64,000 nucleotides of DNA from Bispira polyomma. Taxonomy: Eukaryota. Below are positions 62,501 through 64,000 of the stretch, piece after piece. The translations under genes were made by a program, and so were the position numbers. The notes beneath the pieces are model-generated. The model had not been told where the DNA came from. It made no database searches and saw only the letters and a list, made by a program, of their open reading frames with translations. Positions within the stretch are counted from its first letter, which is position 1. Each line of letters begins with the position of its first letter. The DNA lies in NCBI GenBank assembly GCA_965649765.1, contig OZ287751.1, positions 69,812,001 to 69,876,000 on the forward strand, given 5' to 3'.

Positions 62501-63372
62501 TAGTTTTTCTTCTTCGTTTTACTACAATTCGTCTTTTATTTTTTGAGAGGTATGTTTGGTTGAATATTTTTTTGGACATAAGGAACTGTTTAGTGAAGTG
62601 ACCTTATTGATCTTGGCAGGACAGAATTACTTATCACAAAGTGAAGTAGCGTGTTTGGTTGTATACTTCCTGATTTTATAAGAAATTGTCCAGTGAAGTA
62701 ATTGCCTTTATACTGTCTACATACATCTTTGCATGTGCTGATGACTTGTCTGTTTCTCTTGCAAGGCTTTCATTGAGTGACATCTTGTGAAGAGATCAGC
62801 TGTGGTATGTCATGTCATTTTGATGACGGTTAAGCATAATAGCCATATGACATTATCTTCTTGGCCTATTGACATATATAACATATATATATATATATAC
62901 ATGGTATAGCCATATCTGTTTAGAACGCAGCACTACTTGTCATTTAGTTAGGTAGTTGGCTTTTTGTCAGATTTACATGCTTCCCCTGAAGTGTCAGAGT
63001 AAGTCAAATGCCTTATCCTCGACAACTAATGCTTTTAAAACTCCTTAATTCCTTAGGTGGGGCTCTGTTTCACACAAATAACCCTCCTCCTTCAAGGTTG
63101 GATTTAAGCATTAGTGAGAATAAGGTAAGGGTATTTATCGCAAAAATATGTTAAAATTTTATTGTAATTGATCCTTTTGGTAGATAAATACTTACCTTAT
63201 CTTCACTAAACCGGATCACGCCCAGCCAGTTCCCACTTTTATTTATGGAAACATCTTCCACATTAATTGTGAAGGGTATCTCGGAGACGAGAAGTAGACG
63301 GAACTTCCGGCGCATGCGCACTGGCATTAGTGAGGAGTTTTAAATCAAATCACAATAATAGTCTTAGAAACA
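59600..63372 (+). mobile_element. Highly decayed DIRS-like tyrosine-recombinase retrotransposon
   Basis: ~110-bp inverted repeats (59692-59801 vs 63263-63370); internal complementary region 63107-63208 that matches the left terminus; vestigial RT (IYLNN for YLDD, LLFTLGW), RNase H (ISGSRN) and YR (CPV) motifs. Confidence 0.65.
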
Positions 63373-64000
63373 AGGGGAGAATGGCCTGGCGGCCATATCA
63401 TGATGATGCCGCAAGTTATTGACCAGTCCGAAAAAGGTGAACCAGCCAGTTTGCGGTCGACAATAGATATATAAATTTTTAATTCACAAGGCGAGTTGTG
63501 GTTATAGAGATTTTCGTTACTACCAGATGAAATAAAAACATACAATCCTTCCATTAACAAGAGGAAGTGACCTTGCGGTCACAAATCTCAGAGACATGTA
63601 TCTATTTTTTAAGCTGTCTGCCTAAGAATTGAATATATTATACCTTGTATTATTATGCTATGTTGGTTCTATGTAGTAACAAATCTTACACTCTCTAGGT
63701 GGCGCTTGCAATTTGCTAGAAGAAAACTAGCCGCTGATTGGTTGTAACTGGACAACTCGATTTTAAACCAATGAAAATGCAGAAGACAAACTGTGACTGT
63801 AGTTTAATATTTTAGAAGCTATTTGGATGTTTTGTTACATATTAGCGGTGACCGTAGAAATATGCATACATATATAAATAGAAACTACATCTTGGCAAAT
63901 GCCATAACGGACCGAATTTTTGCTGTCGATTCCGAAAATAGTGACCCAGTCACTAATAGGCGGTCGAAATGGATCCCGAAAATGATCTATATGTATCTAT

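Overview
AT-rich, repeat-dense animal genomic DNA with spliceosomal introns. The Helentron-type and tRNA-SINE repeats suggest a lophotrochozoan, probably a mollusc (inference). Three host genes were reconstructed by hand. (1) The first two coding exons of a ceramide kinase (CERK)-like gene on the minus strand (10405-10252, 2383-2253), missed by the ORF track. (2) A complete 13-exon, 514-aa TBC1D22-family Rab-GAP on the plus strand (12828-33646), head-to-head with the CERK-like gene as CERK and TBC1D22A are in human. (3) An amidase-type peptidoglycan recognition protein (PGRP; 53787-55864), probably joined across a 5-kb Harbinger insertion to upstream exons encoding a signal-like segment and an unrecognised Cys-containing module (46040-47621). 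Mobile elements: a 3.6-kb ORF-less TG...CA element with a 4-bp TSD, a 5'-truncated L1/Tx1 LINE split by a TTAA MITE, a full-length but dead Harbinger (transposase plus MADF gene), a decayed DIRS-like retroelement, L2/CR1 fragments, many MITEs and tRNA-derived SINEs. The most unusual pattern is three separate tandem duplications that each span a 3' splice site. They build arrays of decoy acceptors or potential micro-exons in front of real exons.
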